NCBI RefSeq assembly: GCF_000018465.1
Contig: NC_010085.1
Span: forward strand, 90,001 to 122,000
Reading direction: 5' to 3'
Source of the DNA: Nitrosopumilus maritimus SCM1
Lineage (GTDB): Archaea; Thermoproteota; Nitrososphaeria; Nitrososphaerales; Nitrosopumilaceae
DNA length: 32,000 nucleotides
Positions 29,312-32,000 of the stretch are shown piece by piece. The number at the start of each line of letters is the position of its first letter. The stretch's first letter is position 1. The notes beneath the pieces are model-generated. The model ran no database searches. It was not told the origin of the DNA and saw nothing but the letters and a program-made list of their open reading frames with translations. Made by a program: the position numbers and the translations under genes.

Positions 29312-29658
29312 TAAAACATCTTCCTAACATTATTTGATTCTATTTGCAACCAGTAAGAATTTTGTTGTTTTTTAAGTCTGAGTAAATCAATTCTTAATAA
29401 TCTAAACAAAACGCCATAAATTGTAATTACAAACAAAAATAAAATTCCAAGAAATATTTTTGTGTTAATAATGGCAAAAATATCTAATCCTTTAGAAATT
29501 TTTATTGTAAAAATCTGTGTAATAGTAATTACGACTCCTACAAAAATTACCATGTATTCAATTGTAAAGACTCCTACTCCACTAGTAATAATAAAAAACC
29601 AAAATGACATTCCAGCAGTAACTGCTAGAGATTTAAATCTGGGGGAGGATGATTGCAT
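29311..29658 (-). CDS. SxtJ-like membrane protein
   Basis: Hydrophobic segments followed by FLGILFLFVITIYGVLFRLLRIDLLRLKKQQNSYWL, the pattern typical of SxtJ-like proteins next to carbamoyltransferases. ATG at 29658 avoids most overlap with the upstream small ORF. Confidence 0.8.
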   Translation of the reverse strand: MQSSSPRFKSLAVTAGMSFWFFIITSGVGVFTIEYMVIFVGVVITITQIFTIKISKGLDIFAIINTKIFLGILFLFVITIYGVLFRLLRIDLLRLKKQQNSYWLQIESNNVRKMF

Positions 29659-29659
29659 A

Positions 29660-29812
29660 TTAAATCGGATAAATGAATGCAACCAATCCTGATTGGGCTA
29701 ATGATGTAATTCCTATTAGTACAATTAATAATACAATAATTGGAAACATATAGAATTTTCTTTTTTTAACATATAGTTGAAAAATCTCTTTAATTACTGA
29801 TAAACGTGACAT
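29660..29812 (-). CDS. Small membrane protein, DUF5989-like (50 aa)
   Basis: Manual translation: MSRLSVIKEIFQLYVKKRKFYMFPIIVLLIVLIGITSLAQSGLVAFIYPI*. Single TM with LAQSxxVAxFIY ending; below ORF track cutoff. Confidence 0.82.
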   Translation of the reverse strand: MSRLSVIKEIFQLYVKKRKFYMFPIIVLLIVLIGITSLAQSGLVAFIYPI

Positions 29813-29961
29813 AAGTGTGCTGTAATTTTTGGATATTTAGTTTTATTCAATATTTTAAATTAAAATGAATAAAGAATAATCATTTGTTCAAAAAAATTGG
29901 TAAATATTTATTAGATGGATCTCCAAATTATTGCGATTAACAATTCAAAAATAGCCATTTT

Positions 29962-30735
29962 TTAATTAGTAACTGGCTTAGGGGATGCTTTGTCTTTAAT
30001 TCCCTTCCAACTAGAAAGAGTGGTAAGAGTTGAAAAACACATCCATCTTCCATCATCTCTATTCCAATCTATATCTGAATCAGGATCAATTGGATCTACC
30101 CCGTGAGATATTTGTGGGTAAAATGCTATAGCATCACCCGGTGAAACTAAATTATCTACAAAAAGTTTCTCATTATTTTCATCTCTTACGAATAAACCTC
30201 CTTTTTTGTAATCTTTAGGGGCTGAGCTAAGGATCGTATCAATAACAAGTTTCTGACCTATATCGGGATCTTTGTGTTCTTGCATGTACCCACCTCCACA
30301 TGGATATTGTTGAATACTCGGAATCGAAATAAAATCATCATCTAAATTATTTAATGCATAATCTTCCTTTAATCCTGAAATTAAATTTCTTAATCTAAAT
30401 TGTCTTTTAAAATAATTTGCAATAGGATTTGTTTCTGAATTCCAATAAAAAAAACAATAAAGATGATTTATTCTTTTAACTTGTGATTTTTCTGGATTGT
30501 TATCTATTCTGTGAAAATTTGGAATGTTTAAATCAATTTCAGGACAAGAATCATGATTATTTTTTGCAAATTCTCGTGAAAATTCTCTAATTTCTTGTGC
30601 TTCTTTTTGAGAAAGCAGATTCTTAATAATTACTAAATTTTTTGATAGGATATTTTCCTTAATTTCATCAATGGATTTGTCTAATTTACACTCATCTCTA
30701 TTCCTATCTAAAACATTAACTTCTAAAATTTTCAA
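29962..30735 (-). CDS. 2-oxoglutarate/Fe(II)-dependent oxygenase-like protein
   Basis: 257 aa; YMQEHKDPDIGQ (HxD), GDAIAFYPQISHGVDPI (distal His), DDGRWMCFSTL (Arg region). Confidence 0.78.
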   Translation of the reverse strand: MKILEVNVLDRNRDECKLDKSIDEIKENILSKNLVIIKNLLSQKEAQEIREFSREFAKNNHDSCPEIDLNIPNFHRIDNNPEKSQVKRINHLYCFFYWNSETNPIANYFKRQFRLRNLISGLKEDYALNNLDDDFISIPSIQQYPCGGGYMQEHKDPDIGQKLVIDTILSSAPKDYKKGGLFVRDENNEKLFVDNLVSPGDAIAFYPQISHGVDPIDPDSDIDWNRDDGRWMCFSTLTTLSSWKGIKDKASPKPVTN

Positions 30736-30841
30736 TATTTTGTGATGATGTCATCTATATAAAAACATGTTTTTAAATCTAATTTTTGATTTTATCACAC
30801 ATACCAATAAATTCTTAAAAATGAACATGTGTGAATTTTAG

Positions 30842-31897
30842 ATGATAACAATGAAATCTTTTTCTGCATTAGACCGAGTTTTTGTAATTGCTGAAGCTGG
30901 TTCTAATTGGAAATGTGGTGATTACTCTGACGATTTGGAACAAGCAAAAAAATTAATTGAAACTGCAGCAAAAGCCGGAGCAGATGCTGTAAAATTTCAA
31001 ACTTACAAACCTGAAACAATTTATGTTTCAGATGCAGGTAACAGTGATTATTTAGAAAAATATGGGATAAAAGAAAACATTAATGAAATTTTTGAACACT
31101 TATCCATGCCATATGAGATGATTCCTGAATTAAAGAAATATTGTGATGAAAAAAATATTCAATTTATGTCCACACCATTTTCAGTTCAAGATGCAAAAGA
31201 AGTTGATAAATTTACAGAAATTCATAAAGTTGCTTCATTTGAAATAAACCACATACGATTGCTAGAATTTTTGGCTAAAACTCAAAAACCCATAATTGTT
31301 TCAACGGGTGCTAGTACATTCAAAGAAATTGATTTTGCAATAAATCTAATTAGAAAGAACGGCAATGATAATATTGCTTTAATGCAATGCACCTCAAAAT
31401 ATCCCTGCCCTATTGATTCATTAAATCTAAAAACTATTTCAACGATGGGACAAAAATACAAAATTCCTGTTGGTCTTTCAGATCATTCATTAGATCCCAT
31501 CATTGGACCTATCACTGCAATTTCCCTTGGTGCAAAATTTATTGAAAAACACTTTACTTTAGACAAAAATTTACCTGGGCCAGATCACCCTTTTGCATTA
31601 AACCCAGATGAACTAGAATTAATGATTACTTCAATCCGTAATACTGAAAAAGCTCTTGGAACAGGCATAAAAGAAATTTTACCTGTTGAAGACGAACTCA
31701 GAAAATTTGCCAAACGTTCAATTCAAGCAATTCAAGATATTAAAAAAGGTGATTTATTGATTGAAGGACAAAATTTTGAAATTCTTCGACCTGGGAACAG
31801 ATTAAGAGGAATGGATCCACTTTATCTAGATACTATTTCTGGAAAAAAATCCAAAAAAGATGTTCAAAAAGGTGATGGAATCATTGATGTAGAATAA
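30842..31897 (+). CDS. neuB: N-acetylneuraminate/legionaminate/pseudaminate synthase family protein (NeuB-like)
   Basis: 351 aa; VFVIAEAGSNWKCGDY, ADAVKFQTYK, ASFEINHIRLLEFLAKTQKPIIVSTGAS, GLSDHSLDP, C-terminal SAF-type antifreeze-like domain. Confidence 0.92.
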   Translation: MITMKSFSALDRVFVIAEAGSNWKCGDYSDDLEQAKKLIETAAKAGADAVKFQTYKPETIYVSDAGNSDYLEKYGIKENINEIFEHLSMPYEMIPELKKYCDEKNIQFMSTPFSVQDAKEVDKFTEIHKVASFEINHIRLLEFLAKTQKPIIVSTGASTFKEIDFAINLIRKNGNDNIALMQCTSKYPCPIDSLNLKTISTMGQKYKIPVGLSDHSLDPIIGPITAISLGAKFIEKHFTLDKNLPGPDHPFALNPDELELMITSIRNTEKALGTGIKEILPVEDELRKFAKRSIQAIQDIKKGDLLIEGQNFEILRPGNRLRGMDPLYLDTISGKKSKKDVQKGDGIIDVE

Positions 31898-31899
31898 TG

Positions 31900-32000
31900 T
31901 TAATTACTAAACTTATTTACATTTTGAATTATTTTATCTACATCATTTTCAGAAAGGTTTGGATGTATGGGTAATGTGACAATTTTTGATGCTACAGATT
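31900..32000 (-). CDS. DegT/DnrJ/EryC1/StrS aminotransferase, C-terminal fragment (runs off window end)
   Basis: Reverse strand reads SVASKIVTLPIHPNLSENDVDKIIQNVNKFSN*, matching the LPxHPxLSExDVxxI C-terminal pattern of the family. Confidence 0.75.
   Translation of the reverse strand, partial: SVASKIVTLPIHPNLSENDVDKIIQNVNKFSN

Noticed and set aside
1-32000. CRISPR arrays, tRNA/rRNA genes, transposases, prophage or toxin-antitoxin modules
   Set aside because: None seen: no regularly spaced repeats, no tRNA cloverleaf noticed, and no transposase or integrase motifs in the translated ORFs. This was by eye; tRNAscan-SE and a repeat finder would be decisive.

Overview
This AT-rich window comes from an archaeal chromosome, most likely a Nitrosopumilus/Nitrosarchaeum-like ammonia-oxidising thaumarchaeon (inferred from gene content). 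Positions 1-14.5 kb are housekeeping: gatE (partial), gatD, a Cdc48/VCP-like AAA ATPase, ribosomal protein L2, acylphosphatase, SRP 7S RNA, an Ncs6/TtuA-type tRNA thiolase, a site-2-protease-like M50 peptidase, cutA, pelota, YjbQ, DtxR- and TrmB-type regulators, and a radical SAM protein resembling tetraether lipid synthase (Tes). Positions 14.5-32 kb are a surface-glycan/nonulosonate biosynthesis region: glycosyltransferases, a Met-type 4,6-dehydratase, a flippase, several SDR epimerases, RmlA/RmlB-like enzymes, a compact four-gene cassette (DUF5989-like / SxtJ-like / carbamoyltransferase / SGNH hydrolase), a 2OG-Fe(II) oxygenase, NeuB, and the C-terminus of a DegT-family aminotransferase. 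Items not in the supplied ORF track are a convincing C/D-box sRNA candidate at 10775-10835, a 54-aa Cys-rich protein (11295-11459), a 50-aa DUF5989-like protein (29660-29812), and a decayed gene around 26.07-26.37 kb. Two SDR enzymes carry substitutions in the catalytic YxxxK motif. I found no CRISPR array, tRNA, rRNA or intact mobile element. The strongest candidate for an under-described system is the translationally coupled carbamoyltransferase cassette within the glycan locus.
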